A stretch of DNA of 28,002 nt. Source: a virus (Duplodnaviria > Caudoviricetes). The notes under the pieces are model-generated. The model made no database searches and had not been told where the DNA came from. It saw nothing but the letters and a program-made list of their open reading frames with translations. Within the stretch, counting starts at the first letter, position 1; every line of letters starts with the position of its first letter. The position numbers and the translations under genes were made by a program. Positions 18,796 to 26,545 of the stretch are shown piece by piece. The stretch lies in IMG/VR virus record IMGVR_UViG_3300025570_002181, positions 1 through 28,002 of that record. The stretch is one strand, 5' to 3'.

Positions 18796-19268
18796 TAGAT
18801 ATTGGCTTGTTCTCTAGTAAATATAGCACTATTCTTCCCATGTTCAGAAAATTCAACTTGTCTTACTTTCACTCGACCATCTGTTTCTTCTTTAACAAAT
18901 TCATCAATTTTTTCAAAGACGTATTGAGCAAATTTTTCTGCTCCAGTAGCCGGAAGAACTCGCACTTGAGCTACCCCTGCTTCATCCATTCTTTTAAATG
19001 ATTCTAGGAAGGGATCGTCTTCAGCTACAATAAAGGTATGGTCGAATGTGTAATCCATCCATGCTTTAGGATTCATACCATCAATTTGGGTTTTGGCACG
19101 TTTCATGCCTCCGAAATCCCAAACCCAGTTTTTTTCATCAAGTTCACCTTGGAACCAAACTTTAAAACTTACTCCATAACCATGAAGGAATCTACAGTGA
19201 GTATCATCTGCTTTCCATTGACGAAATACACAAGTAAATCCGTCGAATATTTTTGTTGATTGAAACAT
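18795..19268 (-). CDS. queD: 6-carboxytetrahydropterin synthase (variant)
   Basis: HCRFLHGY, WVWDFG, FDH, GAEKFA, EHGKNSA; T-fold pattern, between queC and queE. Confidence 0.85.
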   Translation of the reverse strand: MFQSTKIFDGFTCVFRQWKADDTHCRFLHGYGVSFKVWFQGELDEKNWVWDFGGMKRAKTQIDGMNPKAWMDYTFDHTFIVAEDDPFLESFKRMDEAGVAQVRVLPATGAEKFAQYVFEKIDEFVKEETDGRVKVRQVEFSEHGKNSAIFTREQANI

Positions 19269-20065
19269 TATGCTTGGTTTAAAATTTGTTCAACATGCGT
19301 TCGTACAGTTTCCCAATTAACAACTCCTTGCTCATCTGCATAGAGTACTGGGTCGGGTCGGCCCAATTTAATAAATGCTTCAACCCTTTCGACCGAAGAC
19401 GCTGATTTATAATCACTATACCACTTGCCAGCAATATTAATGGGCTTGTAGCTAGTATTTGTATTTGCATATACTGTATCAAAGTCAAGTCCAAGTTGAT
19501 TACAACATTCGACTCCATCTTTAAGTATATCAAACTTATCCCCATTAAGGTAAGGGGTAACATAGCTAATGCGCTCAGCGTCCCAATTACCCTCGGTGAA
19601 GGCCCTATAATCAGCATCTCTGAATTCTTGTCTACAATCAGGATAGATTGCATGATCACCTGCATGAATGCCCATTGCAATATGGACTTCAGTATTTTTT
19701 TCATTTGCTTTGCTTAATGCTACTGCTTGAATAATTGATGAGAAGATTTTGTTTCGGTTAGGAACAACTGTTTCTTTCATATTTTCCTGTTGATAGTGAC
19801 CCTCAGGTACCTCATCACCACCTTCTACAAGGGCACTATTAAGCATAGGGGCTAAACCATCAAGTTTAATTACCCCATACTCTACATCATAATCATCCAT
19901 AATAAGGATGTTTACTAATGCTTGAGCTCGTTCAAGTTCTACTCTATGTTTTTGTCCGTAATCAAAGCTAAGGGCTGTAACTTCATACCCATCTGCTAGT
20001 AATCTAAGGAGGACCGTGCTTGAGTCCATACCCCCTGAGAGGCTAAGTACTGCTTGTTTTTTCAT
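19268..20065 (-). CDS. queC: 7-cyano-7-deazaguanine synthase (Zn-site-less variant)
   Basis: SGGMDS PP-loop, FDYGQKH, VPNRN, YPDCR, ERVEAF. Confidence 0.93.
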   Translation of the reverse strand: MKKQAVLSLSGGMDSSTVLLRLLADGYEVTALSFDYGQKHRVELERAQALVNILIMDDYDVEYGVIKLDGLAPMLNSALVEGGDEVPEGHYQQENMKETVVPNRNKIFSSIIQAVALSKANEKNTEVHIAMGIHAGDHAIYPDCRQEFRDADYRAFTEGNWDAERISYVTPYLNGDKFDILKDGVECCNQLGLDFDTVYANTNTSYKPINIAGKWYSDYKSASSVERVEAFIKLGRPDPVLYADEQGVVNWETVRTHVEQILNQA

Positions 20066-20844
20066 GCTAAATTATTTATCAATTTAAAAAATGTTGTGTT
20101 GTGTGTTATTTTATTATATACTTTTTCGTCCCAAGATGAAGTCATTATTTCATCTATTTTAGTTTTTGGTTTTTTGTCTAGCCCCCAGTTATTATAAAGG
20201 GTACCATCAAACGCTGCCATAATAGGATTTGAAGTATCAATACTTTCAATTTGTTTTATATCTTTATAATATATGAATTCTTGTGGGAGAGAACAACCTA
20301 AAAGGTGAATTCTATCTGAGCTTCCAATGAGTCCCATTTTAATCATTTTAGTAATTACTAATTGTCGTCCTAAAGCCTTACCAATGTGAAGATTAGGATG
20401 GGGGAATATATCGTTATAATAGCTAGCCCCATAGCTAAATGCTATCTTGGTGTACCCTAGCAGTTTATATGTGTGATAACACTTTACTACGTCATTAAAC
20501 GATTTACCTTGTACAACAGCAACCTTTTCTACGCCTTCAGGTAGTTCAATAAAACTCCACTCCTTAGCATTACGCATAGACTTGATAGCATCCTCCCAAG
20601 CGTCTGGAACGATAAATTCGTTAGGTTTAATTTCTTCAATAATCGAAATCATTCTACCCTTTGAATAAGGTACTCCAAGTTCATGGAGAGAATTATCCAT
20701 AATAGTATGTCTACTTCTATTATTTACAAAAAATGCTTTGTACTCCTCATACTCATCATATAAATGAGGGAGGAGATAGTCGTAGTTATTGTATTCTAAA
20801 CTAGATTCTAGATACGCTATAGGTACTTCGTGTGATACTTTCAT
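20062..20844 (-). CDS. Divergent TGT-fold guanine transglycosylase (DpdA-like)
   Basis: TGT-like motifs in the expected order: IMDNS, VPD, VVQG, HLLG, SIDTS; ATGA-coupled to queC. Confidence 0.7.
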   Translation of the reverse strand: MKVSHEVPIAYLESSLEYNNYDYLLPHLYDEYEEYKAFFVNNRSRHTIMDNSLHELGVPYSKGRMISIIEEIKPNEFIVPDAWEDAIKSMRNAKEWSFIELPEGVEKVAVVQGKSFNDVVKCYHTYKLLGYTKIAFSYGASYYNDIFPHPNLHIGKALGRQLVITKMIKMGLIGSSDRIHLLGCSLPQEFIYYKDIKQIESIDTSNPIMAAFDGTLYNNWGLDKKPKTKIDEIMTSSWDEKVYNKITHNTTFFKLINNLA

Positions 20845-21515
20845 TTTGAATTTTTATATCGCCAAATATACGAACAAGAGGTAGCATTCCCACCTTTTTT
20901 TAAAGCATTATTAATAGCTGTTGGGTTACCTCCTAATACTTTAGATGCAGTTTCTTGGCTGGAATATTCGGCTATAAAATTTCCTGCTTTATCATATGCC
21001 AAAATGGGTTTTTCATTAGCAGGTTTTGGTTTACCCTTAGTTGATTGACTAATTTTTAATTTATTTTCTTCACTCCTTGTTTTCCCTTTCCAATGAGAAG
21101 GTTTACCTTTTTTAGAAAGACTTAATTTTTGTTTATGTTCTTCACTATAAGTTTTTCCTTTCCAATGGGAATTAACCCTTTTACCTTTATTTTTTTTACT
21201 TGATTCACTAATTTTCTTCTTACTTTTATCAGTGTGTAAAGTTACACCTCCTCCCCCTCTATTACCATTTAATCCCTCTGTGTAGGAATTAAATTGGGAT
21301 ATATAGTATTTTTCTTTATTAATTAAATCATCAGTATACTCCAATATTTCAAATTCATGATTTTCCCATCCATATTTTATTAGAGATTCTAATAAATTAG
21401 GTTGAGTTTTACAAACAAAATTTTGATATTGTTGTTGTCTTTCTTCTACATTATGGGAGCACCCCACATAAATCAAATCTTCAGGATTTGTAATTTTATA
21501 AATACCGCTTTTCAT
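20841..21515 (-). CDS. GIY-YIG homing endonuclease with NUMOD3/NUMOD1 domains
   Basis: SGIYKITN...YVG...R...E..YI...LN; two HWKGKT.SEE.K.K.S repeats. Start moved to ATG 21515. Confidence 0.9.
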   Translation of the reverse strand: MKSGIYKITNPEDLIYVGCSHNVEERQQQYQNFVCKTQPNLLESLIKYGWENHEFEILEYTDDLINKEKYYISQFNSYTEGLNGNRGGGGVTLHTDKSKKKISESSKKNKGKRVNSHWKGKTYSEEHKQKLSLSKKGKPSHWKGKTRSEENKLKISQSTKGKPKPANEKPILAYDKAGNFIAEYSSQETASKVLGGNPTAINNALKKGGNATSCSYIWRYKNSK

Positions 21516-21561
21516 TGGTGATAAATATGTGGGAGACAATAAAAAATGAGGAAGGCAATAA

Positions 21562-22080
21562 TTAGAAAGGAGAATCGGAACTATCCGCTTTTATTTTAGG
21601 TGGTCGTCCTCTACGGGGCATGGAAGAGGGACGATTAAATTTATGGTATTTGGATTCACATTGAATATAAAAATTCCTTAACGTACCATCAAATTCAAGT
21701 AGCTCGTTTTCGTAATTTTCTTTAGTCATTTTGAATGTGTTAAGAAAATCACGTTGAAGTTGTTGTAAATTTTCCTTTTCATACTTTTCATGATCCTCAC
21801 GTAAACGACGTCTGCGATTTCGATCTACAGTAGTCTCACTAGCCCATTCATTTATGTCTGGGAATTCAGTACGTTTGTGTTCTATTTCCCAATCGCAGTA
21901 ATAAATCTGCCATCGATAGGGACTATCATCGTAGTCACCGTTTTCGATTTTGTCGATTAGGGGAGAGTAATTGTGAAGGGCTTTATTTTTACGAGCCCAT
22001 CGACGCCACCAGAAAAATTGATTGTAATTAAGCTTTTGTAGCTTGGACAAATTCTTTTCGATAACTGCTATTGAATGCAT
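21562..22080 (-). CDS. Hypothetical protein with C-terminal AT-hook
   Basis: Trp/Arg-rich 172 aa; PRRGRPPK near the C-terminus. Confidence 0.75.
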   Translation of the reverse strand: MHSIAVIEKNLSKLQKLNYNQFFWWRRWARKNKALHNYSPLIDKIENGDYDDSPYRWQIYYCDWEIEHKRTEFPDINEWASETTVDRNRRRRLREDHEKYEKENLQQLQRDFLNTFKMTKENYENELLEFDGTLRNFYIQCESKYHKFNRPSSMPRRGRPPKIKADSSDSPF

Positions 22081-22084
22081 ATTG

Positions 22085-22116
22085 TAAATATACGCATGAA
22101 TTTTTACTATTCCAAA
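22085..22116 (-). promoter_or_regulatory. Promoter TTTG-N20-TATATTTA, 4 nt upstream of ATG, heading the dpdA-like/que operon
   Basis: Minus strand TTTG GAATAGTAAAAATTCATGCG TATATTTA CAAT ATG. Confidence 0.75.
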
Positions 22117-22117
22117 T

Positions 22118-22483
22118 TTATCTTTTACCTCCGTGATATTCTTTGGCGTGTCCTTCTTCTATAAGAAGTTGATTAACATTAATGTGGTTGTTAACGCTCT
22201 TAGTAAGTTTTATTTCTCCTAAACACCTTCCGTATTTGTCTACACCTTTAGATTTCAATTCAAACTCACCATTTGTTGATTCTAAAAGTTCAATCAGGCG
22301 GGTTTTTGCTTTTAATCCTTTTTCTTTTTCAACTAAATCCCTAGTTCGGGATTCAAATGCATCTATCCCATCTAGTCTAATGTTTACCCTTTTCCAGGTA
22401 TCAAATCCTAAGTCTACTAAGGCATATATTGTATCACCATCTACAACTCTTTCTAATTGGGCTTGGTAATAATAGAAAAACAT
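22118..22483 (-). CDS. Thermonuclease (SNase-like)
   Basis: RVVDGDT, IRLDGIDAFE, DKYGRCLG, LIEEGHA; no signal peptide. Confidence 0.9.
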   Translation of the reverse strand: MFFYYYQAQLERVVDGDTIYALVDLGFDTWKRVNIRLDGIDAFESRTRDLVEKEKGLKAKTRLIELLESTNGEFELKSKGVDKYGRCLGEIKLTKSVNNHINVNQLLIEEGHAKEYHGGKR

Positions 22484-22894
22484 TTAATGTTTATGTTGGT
22501 CGATTTTATCTAAAATTTGTTTTAGTACCTTAAGGGGGACTAAACCTAACATAGAGGCATTTTTTAAAATGCTTAGTATTTGAAATATTAAGAATGGAAT
22601 TAAAATGGTTTCACTTAACCATTCAGTTCCTAAAAATGCTTTTTCTATAGTAAGGATTGCTGTGAGTAATAATATCCAAAAGAAGAGGGATTTAAGAACC
22701 TTCAATGCTTTGAAAGTCTTAAATCCTTCTCTTTTAGATCCTGCCCATACTCCGAAGAACCCATCAACAAGTAGTACTGAAACTAGTGCTACATACTGCT
22801 CAACATTGTCGAGCGTTAGATTCATAAAGTAAGAGCAAATAAACGCGCAGGTTGTAGATGCCGAGAGTATAATTCCCGTTGAAGTTGTTTTCAT
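22484..22894 (-). CDS. Holin-like membrane protein
   Basis: Three to four TM segments, DxxxG...K pattern, SILKNA...G.VP...L; resembles the Phage_holin_4_1 type. Confidence 0.65.
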   Translation of the reverse strand: MKTTSTGIILSASTTCAFICSYFMNLTLDNVEQYVALVSVLLVDGFFGVWAGSKREGFKTFKALKVLKSLFFWILLLTAILTIEKAFLGTEWLSETILIPFLIFQILSILKNASMLGLVPLKVLKQILDKIDQHKH

Positions 22895-22964
22895 GTAAAT
22901 TCTTGAGTCGTAAAAATTACCATTAAATTAAATACAACCCTTCCTCTACCACCCTTACTTTAAA

Positions 22965-23141
22965 TTATGCTGCTTTTTCAGCTTTAGCTTTATCAATTAC
23001 AGACCAGACACCACCAATAATGGTCATTGCTGCTCCAAATAATTCTGCGAATAACGCATCATCAATTACACCTTGTGTTACTAGCACACCTCCTAAAAAG
23101 GTTAATGCGTGTCTAACAATTCCTAATGTTTTTTCTTTCAT
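22965..23141 (-). CDS. Small two-TM holin-like protein (58 aa), absent from the ORF track
   Basis: MKEKTLGIVRHALTFLGGVLVTQGVIDDALFAELFGAAMTIIGGVWSVIDKAKAEKAA; RHxLTxxGG...WS resembles Pam3-gp28-type putative holins. Confidence 0.8.
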   Translation of the reverse strand: MKEKTLGIVRHALTFLGGVLVTQGVIDDALFAELFGAAMTIIGGVWSVIDKAKAEKAA

Positions 23142-23166
23142 AATATTATGTTTTAAAATTCGTGTA

Positions 23167-23174
23167 TAAATATG
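23167..23174 (-). promoter_or_regulatory. CATATTTA(T) promoter-like box without a -33 element (possible late class)
   Basis: The same ACATATTTAT also occurs at about 17981-17988 and 21522-21529, each upstream of a gene. Confidence 0.55.
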
Positions 23175-23203
23175 TCAACAGAGTGAAAAATTAAAAGACA
23201 TCG

Positions 23204-24913
23204 CTAGCCGTCACAACTCTGACACTCTGAGGTTCTAGAGCCCAAATCGCCCTTTATTACGCTGTCCGTGCGGAGATAATAGAGTGTTTTGATCCCTAAT
23301 TTCCAAGCTTCAGTATGACATTGATTAATCCATTTAGGAGAATCGGTAGGGTCAAATGAAAGATTTAAAGATTGAGTTTGATCAATGTACTTTTGTCGGG
23401 TAGCTGCTTGTCTAACTAATTCAAGTTGATTTACTTCGCTAAATGTTAAAAATACTTCCTTCTCTTCAGGAGTTAATATACTGTCTGGGAGGTTTTGGAT
23501 AGAACCATTATCTGCTAAGATAGCATCCCAAGTTTTTTCAGTATTATTTCCTTTCTCTTCGAGTAAAGCTTCTAATTCTTTATTTTTTACAATAAAGGTA
23601 CCTTTAGCTCCATTAAAAGTATAGATATTAGCGGGGATAGGTTCAATACCTGCTGAACATCCATTTAATCTTGAATTTGATACAGTAGGAGCAATAGCTA
23701 ATAAGTGAGTATTTCTCATACCAGTACCCTTACACCAGGTAGGTTCACCATATTCTTGAGCTAATTCTCTTGAAGTAGCTTCTGCTTTTTGTCTAATATC
23801 ACTAAATAAAGTATGGGTCCAAGCTGTTGAAGATATAGAGTTAAATGGTAAGTTTTTCTTTTGGAGAAAAGTATGCCATCCCATAACTCCTAACCCAAGT
23901 GCTCTACCTTTTAAAGCATGTCTGTGAGTACGAGCCATTGAGTCCTTACCATTTGACTTGTCTATAAATTCTTGCATAACCCCATCAAGGAACCTGATCG
24001 AGGTTTCAACAACATCTGTGTCCTTCCACTCATCATACTTTGCAAGGTTGAGAGAACTAAGACAACAGATGAAAGAATGTTCTTCATCGGTGTGTAATGT
24101 TATCTCTGTACAGATATTAGTCATACTAACGTCTAGATTGTTCATTCGATATGCTAGAGGATTATCTCTATTAACATTATCTTTAAACATGATATAGGGT
24201 TCACCCGTTTCTACACGCGTCTTAAGAATTTCCAGCCATAGCGTCATAGCTTCGGAGTCTCTGTCATGTAGACGCTTCATAAACGTATCATCCACAACTA
24301 CACATTGGTGTAAGTTAAGACATTGACGGTTAGGATCACCTTTAGGTCTACGAATCTGCATAAATTCCTTTATATCAAGATGATTGATATCTAAATTTAC
24401 GGAGGCAGCACCCCTTCGAACTGATCCTTGATTAGTAGCAATAATTGCTGAGTCATAGATTTTACACCAAGGTACTACTCCTTCACTCTTACCATTTCCA
24501 GTAATAGTAGTTCCTCTAGGACGTATTCTACTAACTGAAATTCCTACACCACCCCCTAGGGCAGTTAGTTTCATGAGTTCCGCATTAGTAAGACCAATTC
24601 CACGGACTGAATCAGGAGTATCAATACCAAAACAAGATATGGGCAAACCACGATCGGTTCCGGTGTTAGATAGTACCGGACTAGCCAAACCAATCCAACC
24701 ATTCCAAATATACTTAAAAAACTTATTTTCAAGTTCTGGGCGATGTATTCTGTCTGCGACCGCTTTGGCAACCCTTCTATATGCTTTTTTAGGTGTTTCA
24801 TCCGGTAATAAGTATCCTTTAGATATTGTTGCTAGTCCTACTTCGTCTAACCATTCAGGGTAGTCTTTTCCTTTTACCCAGTTTGTTGTATCTGCTGTTA
24901 AGTTTCCGTCCAT
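23204..24913 (-). CDS. nrdA: Class I ribonucleotide reductase alpha subunit (short, no ATP cone)
   Basis: SPVLSN, LPISC, GGGVG, TNICTEI, LGLGVMG, IAPTVSNS, LYYLR, C-terminal CQSC. Confidence 0.97.
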   Translation of the reverse strand: MDGNLTADTTNWVKGKDYPEWLDEVGLATISKGYLLPDETPKKAYRRVAKAVADRIHRPELENKFFKYIWNGWIGLASPVLSNTGTDRGLPISCFGIDTPDSVRGIGLTNAELMKLTALGGGVGISVSRIRPRGTTITGNGKSEGVVPWCKIYDSAIIATNQGSVRRGAASVNLDINHLDIKEFMQIRRPKGDPNRQCLNLHQCVVVDDTFMKRLHDRDSEAMTLWLEILKTRVETGEPYIMFKDNVNRDNPLAYRMNNLDVSMTNICTEITLHTDEEHSFICCLSSLNLAKYDEWKDTDVVETSIRFLDGVMQEFIDKSNGKDSMARTHRHALKGRALGLGVMGWHTFLQKKNLPFNSISSTAWTHTLFSDIRQKAEATSRELAQEYGEPTWCKGTGMRNTHLLAIAPTVSNSRLNGCSAGIEPIPANIYTFNGAKGTFIVKNKELEALLEEKGNNTEKTWDAILADNGSIQNLPDSILTPEEKEVFLTFSEVNQLELVRQAATRQKYIDQTQSLNLSFDPTDSPKWINQCHTEAWKLGIKTLYYLRTDSVIKGDLGSRTSECQSCDG

Positions 24914-24915
24914 AA

Positions 24916-25542
24916 TTATTGTTTTTTTATTGCTCCTACTTGATATCCTTGCATTACCATGTCATAAAGTTCATTATAAAAATTAAAAAAAACTTGTATT
25001 CCTAACATAGGGGAAGATACTATATGGGATTGTTTAGGGTCTTTCCACCCATAATCATCAAATATTATCATACCTCCGGGGTTTAGTAGTTGGTGGGAGT
25101 AATAAGCATCTACTAAAGTATCATCGGATCTATGAGAAGCATCTACATAAATAAAATCATATTTTTTACCTTGTTCTACTAATTTAGGAAGTTGGAGTTG
25201 AGATATGTTTTGATAAATGCTAAAATTAATCTTAGAATGGAAAGAGATATTATGTTTAAAATTATTAAAAATAAAATTATCTTGAGCTAATCTATCTTTA
25301 GTACCTAGCATTCCACTTTCTTCTAAAGAACCTCCAAAGGTATCTATTACATCATAGATTATATCTTTTTTTAAAAAATTATCTAATAAATACGTTGTAG
25401 CTCTTCCTTCATAACAACCTATTTCTAGTACATTATTTATACTATGATCTTTTAGGTATTGGGGAAATAATTGTTCCCAATTTGGTATGGAGGCATCAAA
25501 CCAAGTTTCTGTAAAAGTATATTTTTCTGGGTATGTATACAT
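24916..25542 (-). CDS. Class I SAM-dependent methyltransferase (Methyltransf_24-like)
   Basis: VLEIGCYEG, YDFIYVDASH, GGMIIFDDY. Confidence 0.85.
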   Translation of the reverse strand: MYTYPEKYTFTETWFDASIPNWEQLFPQYLKDHSINNVLEIGCYEGRATTYLLDNFLKKDIIYDVIDTFGGSLEESGMLGTKDRLAQDNFIFNNFKHNISFHSKINFSIYQNISQLQLPKLVEQGKKYDFIYVDASHRSDDTLVDAYYSHQLLNPGGMIIFDDYGWKDPKQSHIVSSPMLGIQVFFNFYNELYDMVMQGYQVGAIKKQ

Positions 25543-25552
25543 TGTTTTATTT

Positions 25553-26536
25553 CTAAAATATTGATTCGTCCCAATTATGTGTACCTTTAGAGTAATTAGT
25601 TACTCTACTTGCAAAGAAGTCAGTGTGTTGTTTACCTGCTGATAAAGAATCAAACCATTTCATTCTTTGTAGTGCAGTAGGATCAATTCCATTAACTACA
25701 CCTTCGTAACCTAAGTCTCCCATTTTTGTATTAACTCTATGTTTAATAAATGAGATTAAATCTTCTCTATTGCATCCCTCTAAATCTCCCATTTCATAAA
25801 CTTTATTGATAAAGTCAATTTCAAGTTGAAGTGAAAGTAAAGCAGCCTCAGTTATAGCTGTCTTAAGTTCGGGTGTTTTTAATTCAGGGTTTTCTTCGAT
25901 TAAGGTTCTAAATAACCAACATCCTGCTTCGGAGTGCATTGATTCATCTCTAATGGACCATTCAACAATTTGTCCAACTCCTTTAAGTTTGTTTCGCATT
26001 TTAAACGATAATAATATAGCGAAACTTGAAAATAGATTAACTCCTTCGGTAAAGGCCGAGAATATGGCCAAGCTCTTAGCAATTTCGTGCCAATCTTTTT
26101 CATCACCAAAACTATCCCTAACAGACATAAGGTTTTCAATTTTAGCCATCGTAGTTTCATCTTCAAGAAACTCTGAGAAGTCGTCCAGTCCAAGTTCTTC
26201 ATTTAATAGTGAGTATGCTTCGGCGTGGATAGTTTCCATAGCACCAAAGGTGGTCGCCATTGCTATGATTTCTGGTTTTCTAAACCATTTAGTTACCAAT
26301 CCAGTCCAATAGTCGTTTACTACTGTTTCTGTTTGAGCAAATCCTTTAAGGATTGATCCAATTATATTTTTTTCTGTTTCGTTTAGATTTTGTTTCCAAT
26401 CGTTTATATCACTCATCATTGGGACTTCAGTATGAATCCAATGTGCTTGGTGTTGTTTAAGCCAATAATCGGCTGCTTCGGGATATTCGAAAGGTTTGTA
26501 GACGATTCTTTCCTCTTTTATGTTCTTTTGAGACAT
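25553..26536 (-). CDS. nrdB: Class I ribonucleotide reductase beta subunit
   Basis: YKPFEYP, ETIHAEAY, EGVNLFSSF, RDESMH, DFFASRVTNY. Confidence 0.97.
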   Translation of the reverse strand: MSQKNIKEERIVYKPFEYPEAADYWLKQHQAHWIHTEVPMMSDINDWKQNLNETEKNIIGSILKGFAQTETVVNDYWTGLVTKWFRKPEIIAMATTFGAMETIHAEAYSLLNEELGLDDFSEFLEDETTMAKIENLMSVRDSFGDEKDWHEIAKSLAIFSAFTEGVNLFSSFAILLSFKMRNKLKGVGQIVEWSIRDESMHSEAGCWLFRTLIEENPELKTPELKTAITEAALLSLQLEIDFINKVYEMGDLEGCNREDLISFIKHRVNTKMGDLGYEGVVNGIDPTALQRMKWFDSLSAGKQHTDFFASRVTNYSKGTHNWDESIF

Positions 26537-26545
26537 TATTAAATT

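Noticed and set aside
20863-20870. Perfect Bacteroidota -7 box TATATTTG just upstream of the dpdA-like gene (also about 9350)
   Set aside because: Explained by the Tyr-Ile-Trp codons of the NUMOD1 motif, and no -33 TTTG at the right spacing for the 20863 copy; dual use cannot be fully excluded.
22895-22964. G-rich intergenic tract (GGGTGGTAGAGGAAGGG on minus) as G-quadruplex or ncRNA
   Set aside because: Only two GGG runs, no hairpin and no second copy; insufficient support.
3195-23172. T4-type late promoters TATAAATA on the plus strand (about 3195, 17309, 17979, 23165)
   Set aside because: They would point antisense to all genes; they are better read as the reverse complement of the minus-strand ATATTTAT box upstream of genes.
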